Below are positions 10,393 through 21,287 of a stretch of DNA of 32,259 nucleotides, piece by piece. This stretch comes from Chiloscyllium plagiosum (Eukaryota). Numbering within the stretch: position 1 is the first letter of the stretch; each line of letters begins with the position of its first letter. The notes beneath the pieces are model-generated. The model was given only the letters and a program-made list of their open reading frames with translations, did no database searches and was not told the DNA's origin. Location: positions 15,729,416 to 15,761,674 of the forward strand of contig NC_057718.1 of the NCBI RefSeq assembly GCF_004010195.1, written 5' to 3'. The translations under genes and the position numbers were made by a program.

Positions 10393-12628
10393 TCATGTTC
10401 AGAAAAGGTTCTTTGCATTAAAAGGGGCAACCTGCTGGGGTCCCTGGGGAGGGGGATCAGAAGGTTGCTGGCTTCTTCCATTCCAGTGATCAACGGGGGG
10501 CTGCCTTGGGAAAGGACAGTTCTTGGACCAATGTCCTGGTTGATTACAGTTGAAGCAAATGTCTGGTCATTTGGGGGCTCCAGGGGGTGGGAGAGGCACA
10601 GAGGAAGAGTAAGAAGATGTATAGGGAGTAAGGGCATCATGGACTGTTGGGGAGGGTACATAGGAGAATCCCAAGGTCCATAGGGATGTTGTTGATATTT
10701 GGTACCAAACCCTCTATTCCTGATGAAGGGCTTTTGCCTGAAACATCGATTTTCCTGTTCCTTGGATGCTGCCTGAACTGCTGTGCTTTTCCAGCACCAC
10801 TCTAATCTAGAATCTGGTTTCCAGTACCTGCAGTCCTTGTTTTTACTTACCAAACCTATTATCTTGCCATACTGGATGACAGTATGAGGATTCCATTCGA
10901 TAGCCTGGCTGGCCTTGCGGACGGTAAGGTCTCTTTGGAGTTCTGGTTTTAGGTCTAGCCCCTGAGATTGGGCAAATTCGGTCTTGACCTTAACTGTTGA
11001 GGCCATACTGTTGGGGTTCCCAGAAGTAACAGTTTTCGGCTGAATTGTTCAACATCAGCATCTTGCCAGTGCATGTTATGGGTTTTAATAGCTTTCTGTA
11101 CCTGGTCAGGAAAGATGGTCATACATAAGGCATTAAATTGGGGTGATTGTCCTTGTGGGTACTGAGCATCACCAGAGTAAGCACCATAACAGACCTTAAA
11201 GTGGACAAGGAAATCCTCAGCTCCTTCACTTGAGCAAGGCTTACATGAAAGGACCTTACTCACATCGATTGCACAGTGCACTGCTTGATGGAGGCAGGTA
11301 ATAATCCAATCTGACTTATTAGGTTCACCTGGATGCATAAGCATGAGTTGGGCACAATTATGACATTGTAAAATTTCTAAGAACTTTATCCATTTTTCAG
11401 GGGAAAGAGTGCTTTCTATGAGGTTAAGTAAGTCTTGGGCGGTTGTATTGTAAATGGTCCTCGTCCTATTAATATAATTAATGATCCCTTCGGGATTCTT
11501 TCCATAGTCAGGAGCCTTATTGATGATGCTGGAAAGTTCAGGAGGCTTCCAAGGTTGATAAAGATTAACAAATGGATTTTGTCCCTGATTCTGGGCAAGT
11601 GGGTTAGGGACGCTTCTATTCGGGAAATATCCCCTTTGCCATTTCATATCAGGGTGAGTGCGAGGACTAACATAAAGGTCCCTAAACTTTGATTCATCAA
11701 TGTCTTCAGGACTCAGGGTTCCCTTCATGTCTTAATCTTAGTTGATTTCAGGTGCGGGTGGCAATGCGATTTTGGTAACCTCGATCATCCGAATTCTCAT
11801 TATGCTGGACAGGAGAGGCAAATGAGGAAAAAAGGTTACTGGCCTTAGCACATTTGTCCACAGAATAGGAAGGGGGGTCCAGGTGCTTTCGTTTCATTGC
11901 GTGTGTTCGCTTTGGTCGTACTATGGGTGGGATTTGAAGAAGTCCCTGTTGGGGAACTAGAAGAGGTCTGTGAATAGGAGGAGGGGGGCATAATAAAAGA
12001 TCTCTTCTTCCAAATCTGATTCAAATTCCTCACTTGCAGGAGAATCTTGTCCTCCAATAATGGGTCTTTGGGATAGGTGGGGTGTAAGGAGTTATTCTTG
12101 TTGTCTGTCTGGTTCTGTGTGGCTGCAGCAGCAATCTGATTTTTATTTACCGGTTTCCCTTTTCTTTGAGACCCCTGAAATTTCAGATTAGGTTGTGGTT
12201 TTCTGCCTTCCTTTTTTCTGATTTTTTTCTCTAGCCAACTCCAATTCTGTTTCTAAATGATGTGCCTCACATTTGTGTTTTAGTTCTGCCCAATCTAACT
12301 CAAATCCTTCCTCAGTTAATGGACTGATGCTACTTTTAATACAGTTTTTTCTCCATGATGACTGCATAGATTTTTCCCATTTTTCTTTCACTACATTTTT
12401 CCATACTGATATGGCTTCTTTCTTTTTACTCCCACAACCTTTTCTCCATATCTCTTGTTCAACTTTCAGAAGTAGAGTTAGATCATGTGTGCCTCCCAGA
12501 GGCCAGTCTTTATTCTGCTGGGCAGCTGCACCCGATATCCCTCTTAATTGTTTCTCATAATTAGGATACATACTCAGTATCTCTGTTAAGTGGCATTTGC
12601 CCTTTATCATTTCCAGGGTCACACCCAT
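10393..12628 (-). pseudogene. gag: ERV gag
   Basis: ATG-GGT start about 250 nt after the PBS. Matrix-like ORF 12628-12188 (WPLGGTHD). Capsid-like ORF 11728-10955 (YQPWKPPELSSIINKAPD). Single knuckle CFNCNQPGHWSKNC at 10557-10516. In-frame TGA codons at 10401-10399 and 10395-10393. Confidence 0.9.
10712..10847 (+). mobile_element. Short Penelope terminal fragment in gag with 9-bp TSD
   Basis: cctgatgaagggcttttgcctgaaac core. TACCAAACC is duplicated at 10703-10711 and 10848-10856. Confidence 0.85.
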
Positions 12629-12878
12629 ATTTATCCTATTTATTGTATACCTTCACAAAATTCTTACCGTTGTCTCTTACCTTTTCAGTGTCTATTTAAA
12701 CGATCTCAATCAAGGTTCCATCAGGGTACGTGAGAGTGAAATCGGGGAAGCGGCACACAAAAATGTAGACAGAGAGCAACCAAGCTATAACCTAACCTTG
12801 TGGGCCCGTTGGTCTCAAGTCTGACCTTTAGATGAAGTTCCTCTTTTCCAGTTTCACTCACACCTATCCCTTATTGGA

Positions 12879-12896
12879 ATCCTGCTTACAGTGCCA
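12879..12896 (-). other. Primer-binding site, tRNA-Ser (probably CGA)
   Basis: TGGCACTGTAAGCAGGAT lies 3 nt inside the LTR end. It differs at 2 of 18 positions from TGGCGCTGTGAGCAGGAT, the complement of the vertebrate tRNA-Ser(CGA) 3' end as recalled. Confidence 0.75.
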
Positions 12897-12899
12897 AAT

Positions 12900-13040
12900 T
12901 ATTAAAGTACGTACGTATTCAAGACAGCTCTGAGAAACCCTAGTGGACTCAACCCGTAAGCCTCTCAGTTTGTTCCAGAGATCGTACACTCTGTGGCAGT
13001 CTGGAATATAAAACTCTGACAGACAGTTTAGTTTAAATTA
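12900..13040 (-). repeat. ERV 5' LTR remnant (about U5 only)
   Basis: Aligns to 1726-1858 (for example acagacagtttagtttaaatta). Homology is lost at the SINE beginning about 13050. Confidence 0.85.
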
Positions 13041-13049
13041 GTCTGAGTC

Positions 13050-13275
13050 ATCATAGAATCTCTACAGTTCAGAAACAGGCCATTTTGGCCCAAGTCCACA
13101 TCAACCCTCCGAAGAGTAACCCATCCATACCCATTCCCCTATCCTTTTACCCTATGTTTACTCCTGACTAATACACCTAATCTACATATCCCTGAACATT
13201 ATGGGCAATTTAGTATGGCCAATTTACCTGACCTGCACATCTTTGGATTTTGGGGGGGAATCCAGAGCACCCGGA
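13050..13275 (-). mobile_element. V-SINE/HE1-like SINE fragment
   Basis: tcatagaatctctacag CR1-like tail. gggcaatttagtatggccaatttacct...cctgcacatctttgga...gagcacccggag resembles the V-SINE core. Confidence 0.7.
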
Positions 13276-13496
13276 GTGTGCGATAGCTTTGAAGCATTCC
13301 TGCTTCCTGTTCATAAGTTACTTGTTTAAACTCTACAACCTGAGCTGATGAGTTACCGGTCAGTTTTCCACTCCAAGTTGGAAATAGAGTTGCATTGTTA
13401 GAGATGGCATCCAATATTAAATCAAGGTCTGTTTTCCCTCACAACTTGTGCAAAAGATCTGACAGAAATATTTCATAGAATGGGAAGTGTCCCAGT

Positions 13497-14134
13497 TGTA
13501 ATGATGCAGCTCCTTTAATAAGATTGTGCTGTCCTTCGTTTATTTTCTCAGCGGGGTCATAAACCCAGAGACTTCAGGTGGTCTAGGTTTGAAGAGCATT
13601 GGGGCCAATTTGACTATAGCTAACCGATACTGCCTCAGTCAAGAGGCTTTTGTGTTCGAAAAAAAAACTTGTACAATGAAAGGGGAGAAGCCAGTTCTCT
13701 CAGTTCAGCTTTTCTGTGGTTTGGTTTGGTTTGGTTTGAGCAGGCAGTCAGGTTTTGAAGCTGCTGGACCCAAGGAAGCAGTTCCATGCTGATCCTCCCT
13801 CTCTCTGACATCTCTCCTTTAAGAGCCTGTGTTGGATTTTTTCTTTTTTTGCAAAGAGATGTTTATAGGAATTGTTGCAAGTATTTGGAACAGCAACATT
13901 AAGTTTGGATAATCTGTTGGATTTTCACCTCGGTTACATTATTCTGTATTCTGTTCGCTTTTGTTTGGGTTTCATTCAGCAATCTTGCAAATAGATTCTG
14001 TTTTGTTTAAAACTAAGTTGTTGGGTCAGGTGCATTAGTCCTGAATATCTACTTACACTTAATTAAAACAACTAGCAAAGGGTCCGGGCTACTTCCTTGA
14101 AATGTTTTGAGGGGGTCTGGCCTGGTCCATAACA
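13497..14134 (+). repeat. Gypsy 5' LTR
   Basis: tgtaatgatgcagctcctttaa...tggcctggtccataaca. Homologous to 20532-20947 and followed by the PBS-like TGGAGGTACAGGCGTGAT (Thr or Gln type, unresolved). Confidence 0.9.
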
Positions 14135-14275
14135 GATTGGAGGTACAGGCGTGATTTGTTTGATAGTTCCAAACTGGAATTACAATTGTTGGACTCAGAG
14201 ACTGTGAGTGGCAGGTGTAAGTGTCTTTGTTCTGGGTTTTGGCTTTGGTTGGCTTAAACAGTGCCTGGGATACCA

Positions 14276-15825
14276 ATGGCCCTTTCAATCACTAAGAGTT
14301 TTCTGGAGGTAGAAGAAGTGACTTTGAGGACCTTAGAAAAGGTGATTAAGGCCAAGCTGCTGGAATTAGCAGACGAGCTGGAGTTGAAGCTGCCTTCTTC
14401 CAAAAGAAAAGGAGAGATAATTACAGCAATAGCTCGTCATTTAAATTTGCTGGAAAAGCCATCAGCATCTTTAGAGATGGCATAGTTCAATTGAAAATGA
14501 AGCAGCTTGAATCAGAAGAAAAAGATAAGCAAAACACAAAAGAAATGAAACTGCTTAAATTATGATTCAAGCAGATGAAAGAGAAAAAGAATGAAAAGCC
14601 CTAGTCGAACAAAAATAAAAAGACAGAACTGTTTTAGAAGAACAAAAAAAGAGAGAGAGAGAGAGAAGAAAGAGAAAAAGAGATGAAACAAAGTAAGAGA
14701 GAGTGTTTGATCTTCAGAAATTGACACTGAGACATGGAAGTCAGTTTAAAAAGGTGGAGGTGAAGGCTGAAGGTGAGGAGGAGCAAATCCATGGTAGCCA
14801 AAGGTTTGGTCAGAAACTGTTCAAATATTTTCAAGTACTGCCTAAATTTGATGAGAAGGAGGTGGAAGCCTTTACATCTCATTTGAAAAGGGGCTAAACA
14901 AATGCTGTGGCCAGTGATATTTGGGTTTTTTTGATCCAAACAAAACTTATAGATAGTGCTCGTGACTGATTTGCATCACTATCAGAGGAGGTGAAGAAAG
15001 CCATCTTAAGTGTATATGAGCCTGTGCCAGAAGCTGACAGACAACAGGTTTCAGGAACCTAGGAGGGATCCTGGTCAAACCTGCACTGAGTTTGAAAGGA
15101 TCAAACAAGTAATTTTAACAGGTGGATAAGGGCATTTAAAATATAGCAAACCTATGAAGCTCTTAGAGAGATGATTATTTTGGAGCAGTTAAAAAATTCA
15201 GTTCCTGAAGTAGTGAGAACTCACGTGGAAGAGCAGAGAGTTAAAGCAGCAAGATTAGCAGCTGAAATGGCTGATGATTGAGAGTTGGTCCATAAATCAA
15301 AGTTTAGCTTCCAAAATCAATTTCAATCTGTGAAGGATAGAAACTGGGGAAGAGAAATCCTCACATGGAAAGGGAACAATAGGGCTCAGTGAAGATCATA
15401 AGGATAACTTGCCACAGGGTAAAAAGGAAACCCTTGCAGGGAAAAGGGAAGTTAAAAAGTTCCAGTGATTTCATGCAATATAGCAGGCCATATGAAATCA
15501 CTATGTTGGTGGGTTAGGAAAAGCACTGGGAAGCCAAATGTAGGAAACAGGATAAGTCAGTGACTTTTGTTGGAATGATAACGGGAAGCATAAGGGAGGC
15601 TAGAAAGCTGTACCAGAATGTACAACCTGGTCGGAGGTTGGTAAAGAAAGAAGTGCCAGATCTTCCTACACTATATACCTGCGAAAGTAGAGTTAAATCA
15701 CAGAGGCCAAGAGCAGCAGGTAAAGAGTTACAATATTGAGAGATATAGGAACTTTTCAATCTTTGATTTTGAAAGATGAGGAGATGTGTACCTCTGAAGG
15801 ACTATTGCCAGAAAAGGTGCAAGTA
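14276..15825 (+). pseudogene. Gypsy gag-protease remnant with SCAN-like capsid domain
   Basis: MALSITKSFLE start, charged coiled-coil region, LPKFDEKEVEAF, LREMIILEQLKNSVPEVVRTHVEEQRVKAARLAAEMADD (SCAN-like), decayed knuckle (GHMKSLCW), and protease ILRDIGTFQSLIL. Confidence 0.8.
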
Positions 15826-16047
15826 AACCAGAACTCCACTAACAAACATACAGATTTGGACCCCATGTACCAACCTCTCATAAACAGAATCAGAAATGAT
15901 ATCACGCACCACAACAAATCAAGTCACATAATTAACAAGCGAACAGAACACTGACACTTCACTGGAGGCTCACTGATGGTGCTACCCAGCATGGTGATGA
16001 AACATCTGAGAACAAACCCACCAGCTTAGTGAGCAAACGTTCAACCT
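15826..16047 (+). mobile_element. Poseidon-type Penelope 3' fragment
   Basis: NSTNKHTDLDPMYQPL parallels NAINKHIDLDTIYQPL at about 18870-18915 (minus strand). Degenerate hammerhead at about 15973-16006. Confidence 0.7.
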
Positions 16048-16132
16048 GTAGAGTTGAAATTGATGACCTGATGATTTTTAGTCACACATGGAAGGAACAT
16101 TTACAATATTTAGTAAAATTGTTCGAACGACT

Positions 16133-16594
16133 CGATTGAGTTTTTTGAAGAAGTAACGAAGAGGATTGATGAATACAGAGCGACAGACGTGATCTATATG
16201 GACTTCAGTAAGGCATTCGACAAGGTTCCCCAGGGGAGACTAGTTAGCAAAGTTAGATCTACTGGGATACAGGGAGAACAAGCCATTTGGATACAGAACT
16301 GACTCAAAGGTAGAAGACAGAGGGTGGTGGTGGAGGGTTGTTTTTCAGACTGGAGGCCTGTGACCAGTGGAGTGCCACAAGGATCGGTGCTGGATTCACT
16401 ACTTCTCATCATTTTATAAATGATTTGGATGTGAGCATAACAGGTATAGTTAGTAAGTTTGCTGATGACACCAAAATTGGAGGTGTAGTGGACAGCGAAG
16501 AAGGTTACCTCCGATTACAACGGGATGTTGATCAGATGGCCAATGGGTGGAGAAGTGGCAGATGGAGTTTAATTTAGATAAATGCGAGGTGCTG
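16133..16594 (+). mobile_element. CR1 LINE RT fragment (5' part of a copy inserted in Gypsy RT)
   Basis: DVIYMDFSKAFDKVP, SGVPQGSVL, SKFADDTKIGG, WQMEFNLDKCEVL. Confidence 0.92.
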
Positions 16595-17338
16595 NNNNNN
16601 NNNNNNNNNNNNNNNNNNNNNNNNNNNNNNNNNNNNNNNNNNNNNNNNNNNNNNNNNNNNNNNNNNNNNNNNNNNNNNNNNNNNNNNNNNNNNNNNNNNN
16701 NNNNNNNNNNNNNNNNNNNNNNNNNNNNNNNNNNNNNNNNNNNNNNNNNNNNNNNNNNNNNNNNNNNNNNNNNNNNNNNNNNNNNNNNNNNNNNNNNNNN
16801 NNNNNNNNNNNNNNNNNNNNNNNNNNNNNNNNNNNNNNNNNNNNNNNNNNNNNNNNNNNNNNNNNNNNNNNNNNNNNNNNNNNNNNNNNNNNNNNNNNNN
16901 NNNNNNNNNNNNNNNNNNNNNNNNNNNNNNNNNNNNNNNNNNNNNNNNNNNNNNNNNNNNNNNNNNNNNNNNNNNNNNNNNNNNNNNNNNNNNNNNNNNN
17001 NNNNNNNNNNNNNNNNNNNNNNNNNNNNNNNNNNNNNNNNNNNNNNNNNNNNNNNNNNNNNNNNNNNNNNNNNNNNNNNNNNNNNNNNNNNNNNNNNNNN
17101 NNNNNNNNNNNNNNNNNNNNNNNNNNNNNNNNNNNNNNNNNNNNNNNNNNNNNNNNNNNNNNNNNNNNNNNNNNNNNNNNNNNNNNNNNNNNNNNNNNNN
17201 NNNNNNNNNNNNNNNNNNNNNNNNNNNNNNNNNNNNNNNNNNNNNNNNNNNNNNNNNNNNNNNNNNNNNNNNNNNNNNNNNNNNNNNNNNNNNNNNNNNN
17301 NNNNNNNNNNNNNNNNNNNNNNNNNNNNNNNNNNNNNN
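16595..17338. other. Assembly gap (744 N)
   Basis: Run of N. Confidence 1.
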
Positions 17339-18980
17339 CACTAGCTTCATGATGTTTTCGTTTGTAATGTGATTGATGGTGTTTGGGGTGTGTGTGATGG
17401 TCTCTTCTAAAAGTGTGGTAAGTGTTTCCTTTGCCAGGTCAATGTTGATGGAGGTTCTGGATCAGTGGTGCTGGAAGAGCACAGCAATTCAGGCAGCATC
17501 CGAGGACAGGCAACAGTGCTGTTATGTTGAATGAGATCATTGTTTTGTCTTCCTCTATTTTGGTGTTTTTGATGATTTTTAGGAATTCCTGGGTGGAGTG
17601 GATGGAGTGCTGTGACTCTTCTACTGGGTATTTCGGTCTTGCATGTAGTTCTTTGGCCAGTCTGTAAGTGGGTGTTCCGGGTAGTGAGACTATAGGTCTG
17701 AGGGGGGCTCCTGGTTTATGGATTTTTGGTAGTCCATAGAATCGTGGGGTGTTGGTCCCGTCGGGTTTCATTTTTTGGAATTCCTTCTTGTTTAATTCGG
17801 AATTGTGTAATTTTCTTAAGAGATATGTAATTTTGTTTCCTAGTTGTGGGGTCAGGTCTAGCGCCATCTGTTGGTAGGTGTTGGTGTCTGCGAGTAGTGC
17901 ATTGTCTTTCTCTGTGTAGTCCCTTGTGTTCAGGATGACTGTGAGCCGACCTTTGTCTGCAGGTAATATAACGATGTTTTTGTTTTTTTTGAGGTTTTCT
18001 AGGGCTTTCTTTTCTTGTGCGTTTGTTTCCTTCCCTCTTTCGGCTCAGAGTAGGTGCAACTCTCTGATCGTTTGTTGTGTTTCTTCCGTGAGTTTGTTGT
18101 CCTTCAATGTAGTTTCTAATGTCGCTAGGAAATCCTTCTTGTCAGTGTCTCGGTAATTGAAATTTAGTCCTTTTACTCGTACCGCTTTTTCTGTGTCTGA
18201 TAGGGTTTGGTCTGATAAGTTCTTTATCCATGCCCCTGTGTTATCGGTTTTGTCTTTGTTTGTGAGTTTGTCAAGTTTTTTCTTCAGGTCCCGATTTTTC
18301 TTTATCTGTGTTTATCGTTGTTTGGTGTTTATGGCTCATTCTACCGCGTCTGTCCATTCTTGATTTATTGTTTGTTTGAATAACGGTTTTTGGCGTGCAG
18401 TTTCCTGGTTGTATTTTCGGAGTCTGTGGTGGGCGTCATTGGTTAGTTCTCGGAGCATTCTGCGGCCGTTTTGTTCTGTTAAATTTCTGGCTTGAGGTGT
18501 TTTTATCGGCGGTTTGTACTGAAGACATTTTGGCAGTACTTGTTTTCTCAAACATTCATGCAGGAAGTACAGTTGCTCGTGGGTGGAACTCTTTCGGATG
18601 GCATTCCTTTCCCATCTTCAGGCAAGTTGTAGCGTGTTGCGCCCATAGGTGTTTGCAAGGTTTGTAGCTCAGGTTGAAGTTTAGGGTGTAGGTTTGCTTG
18701 CTGAGCTGTAGGTTTGATATCCAGACGTTTCATTACCTGGCTAGGTAACATCGTTAGTGGCGACCTTCAAGTGAAGCGAAACTGTTGTCTCCTACTTTCT
18801 ATTTATATGTTTGTCCCAGATGGGGTTCCTGGCGTTTGTGGTTATGTCATTTCCTGTTCGTTTTCTGAGGGGTTGATAGATGGTATCTAAATCTATATGT
18901 TTGTTTATGGCGTTGTAGTGGGAGTGCCAGGCCTCTGGGAATTCTCTGGCATGTCTTTGCTGAGCCTGTCCCAGGATAGA
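17339..18980 (-). mobile_element. Penelope-like element (Poseidon type): upstream ORF tail/pLTR, then N-terminus and RT start
   Basis: TPRFYGLPKIHKPGAPLRPIVSLPGTPTYRLAKEL. Hammerhead-like core at 18724-18757. The ORF 3' tail (REFPEAWHS..INKHIDLD) lies upstream, as in the partial-tandem PLE structure. A short fragment of another PLE sits at about 17452-17510. Confidence 0.88.
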
Positions 18981-18984
18981 TATG

Positions 18985-19640
18985 TAGAGAAGAAGGCGTT
19001 TGGTATGCTTTCCTTTCTTGGCCAGAGTATTGAGTACAGGAGTTGGGAGGTCATGTTGCGGCTGTACAGGACATTGGTTAGGCCATTGTTGGAATATTGC
19101 GGATTATTGTGTGCAATTCTGGTCTCCTTCCTATCGGAAAGATGTTGTGAAACTTGAAAGGGTTCAAAAAAGATTTACAAAGATGTTGCCAGAGTTGGAG
19201 GATTTGAGCTATAGGAAGAGGTTGAATAGGCTAGGGCTGTTTTCCCTGGAGCATCGGAGGCTGAGGGGTGACCTTATAGAGGTTTATAAAATCCTGAGGG
19301 AAATGGATAGGATAAATAGACACAGTCTTTTCCCTGTGCTGGGGAAGTCCAGAACTAGAGGGCATAGGTTTAAGGTCAAGGGTGAAAGATATAAAAGAGA
19401 CCTAAGGGGCAACCTTTTCACGCAGAGAGTGAATGGAATGAGCTGCCAGAGGGAGTGGTGGAGGCTGGTACAATTGCAACATTTAAGAGGCATTTGGATG
19501 GGTATATGAATAGGAAGGGTTTGGAGGGATATGGGCCGGGTGCTGGCAGGTGGGACTAGATTGGGTTGGGATATCTGGTCAGCATGGATAAGTTGGCCCG
19601 AAGGGTTTCCATGATGTACATCTCTATGATTCCATGACTT
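18985..19640 (+). mobile_element. CR1 LINE 3' end
   Basis: LYRTLVRPLLEY, LERVQKRFTKM, LFSLEHRRLRGDLIEVYKI, RTRGH. The 3' UTR ends in tctctatgattccatgact. Confidence 0.92.
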
Positions 19641-20342
19641 CGGCAGGCAGACTTGATCAACCTGGCTAACAGTGAATTTGCCAATCCCAAGTCACCTTCC
19701 TGGGCCATGCTATTGGACATAGACAAATGGCCCCAAGGAATGCAAAAACAAAAGGTAACTAGGAGGTTCTCATACTATCAACAAAAAGAGCAGTACTACG
19801 AGTGCTGGGACTGAATGGATTTTATCGCGTTTGTACCAAATTTTAGCATGTGGCTGCTCCACTCACTGAATTGCTAAAGAAAGGCAAGAAGTTTCAGTGG
19901 ACAGCAAACTGTCAGAAGACATTTAATAGCCTGAAAGCTGTGTTAACCACTGCCCTGGTGGTAGCCACATCTAATTACGCAAAGCCATTCAAGGTGGCTA
20001 TCGATGCAAGTGATGTGAATGTTGGTGCTGTGCTCTTACAAGAAGATGATGAGAAGATATTTCTCCAGGAAATTGAACAGTCATCAGCAGTAATATTCTA
20101 CAGTTGAGGAGGAGACTTTGAGTTTGTTGTTGGCGTTACAACATTTAAACGTTTATGTTATCAGTAATGTACCTGAGAGAATCATATACACAGTTCATAA
20201 CCCATTGAAGTTTATGAAGAAATTTAAGGACAAAAGTCCCTGACTGTTCAGATGAAGCTTGTTGTTACAGTCATTCAATTTGAAAACTGTGCATGTGGCT
20301 GGACAAGAAAACGTGATTGCCAATGTATTGTCGAGACTTTAA
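19641..20342 (+). pseudogene. Gypsy RT C-terminus and RNase H remnant
   Basis: Continues IDDLMIFSHTWKEHLQYLVKLFER|LRQADL from 16050-16132. APLTELLKK, PFKVAIDASDVNVGAVLLQ, ENVIANVLSR. Confidence 0.88.
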
Positions 20343-20531
20343 TGAGAAATGGATGTGTTCGGTGGAAGGAGAAAAACAGACTGAAACTGACTGTAGTCGT
20401 GCATATATGCATGATTATTGGCAATGTAGTTTATATGGGTGTTGCAGTGTACAAACAATTTAAGGTTAAAGTCTGTTTTAAAATGAAGCCACCTTGGATA
20501 TTGATGGTTCATTTTTTTTTAATAGGAAAGG

Positions 20532-20947
20532 TGTGATGATGTGGCTCCTTTAACACTGTTGTATTGTCCTTTGCATTTCCTTTTCAGAGGGGTTATAAAC
20601 CCAGAGACACTGGGAGGTCTAGGTTTGAAGGGCTTTAGGGCTAATTTGATTATAGCTCACAGATACTGTCTCAGGAAAAAAGCTTTCAAGTTTGAAAAAA
20701 ACACTTGTACAATGAAAGTAGACTGACCAGTTCTCTCGGTTCAGCGTTTATTTAGTTTGGTTTGGTTTTAGCGAGCAGTCAGCTTGTAATTTGGCAAATA
20801 AAATCTATTTTGTTTAAAGCTAAGTGGTTGGGCTAGCTGCATCACTCCTGGAATATCCACCATTCACCTGCTTAAAACAACTAGCAAAGTTAGGATCCAG
20901 GCTACCTTCTTGAAATGTTTTGAGGAGTTCTGGCCTGGTCCATAACA
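20532..20947 (+). repeat. Gypsy 3' LTR (internally deleted by about 220 bp)
   Basis: tgtgatgatgtggctcctttaa...tggcctggtccataaca. Preceded by purine-rich aataggaaagg. Confidence 0.9.
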
Positions 20948-21287
20948 CAATGTTTATGTCTCACTCAATATTACAAAAACATTTGTTTTGTTTGTGGGAT
21001 ATTGCTGTTTGCAAATTGGCTGCTGCATGTTTTACATTACAACTGAAACAAGTGTTTGGAACAGGTCTGACAGTGTCTGTGAACAGAAAGCAGAGTTAAC
21101 ATTTTGAGACTCATGTCCCTTCTTTATTTCAAACTTCCAGCATTCATAATTCTTTGTTTTATTTTAGTGGATACACTTCATTGACTGCACAGTGCTTCAG
21201 GGTTTTGGTTGTGTACTAATGAAATTCAAAGATATATTTTGTAAAGAAAACTCATTTGTCCTCAAAATGGACATGAGGAATCTTACT

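Larger units (their letters stand above)
1726..13040 (-). mobile_element. Decayed endogenous retrovirus, class I (gamma/epsilon-like): 5'LTR remnant-PBS-gag-pro-2H-RT-RNaseH-IN-env-PPT-3'LTR
   Basis: Ordered retroviral motifs on the minus strand: CCHC knuckle, DTGA-like protease, LPQx/xVDD RT, tether plus RNase H, DDE integrase with GPY, and gamma-type TM. Homologous LTR ends at 1726 and 12900, PBS and PPT are present. Many stops and frameshifts. Confidence 0.95.
13497..20947 (+). mobile_element. Gypsy LTR retrotransposon, Gmr1-like, internally deleted with nested insertions
   Basis: Two homologous TG...CA LTRs with near-TSD cagt/caat. PBS TGGAGG at 14138. SCAN-like gag, protease, and RT/RNase H ending shortly before the 3' LTR. 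Confidence 0.88.

Noticed and set aside
10380..11006. 208-aa ORF as a separate gene
   Set aside because: It is off-frame gag plus an antisense Penelope insertion. The real nucleocapsid knuckle is in another frame.
14500..14705. GA-rich simple repeat
   Set aside because: It is the decayed Glu/Lys/Arg coiled-coil coding region of Gypsy gag.
16547..17352. Three long ORFs of about 260 aa
   Set aside because: Artefacts of translating the N gap.
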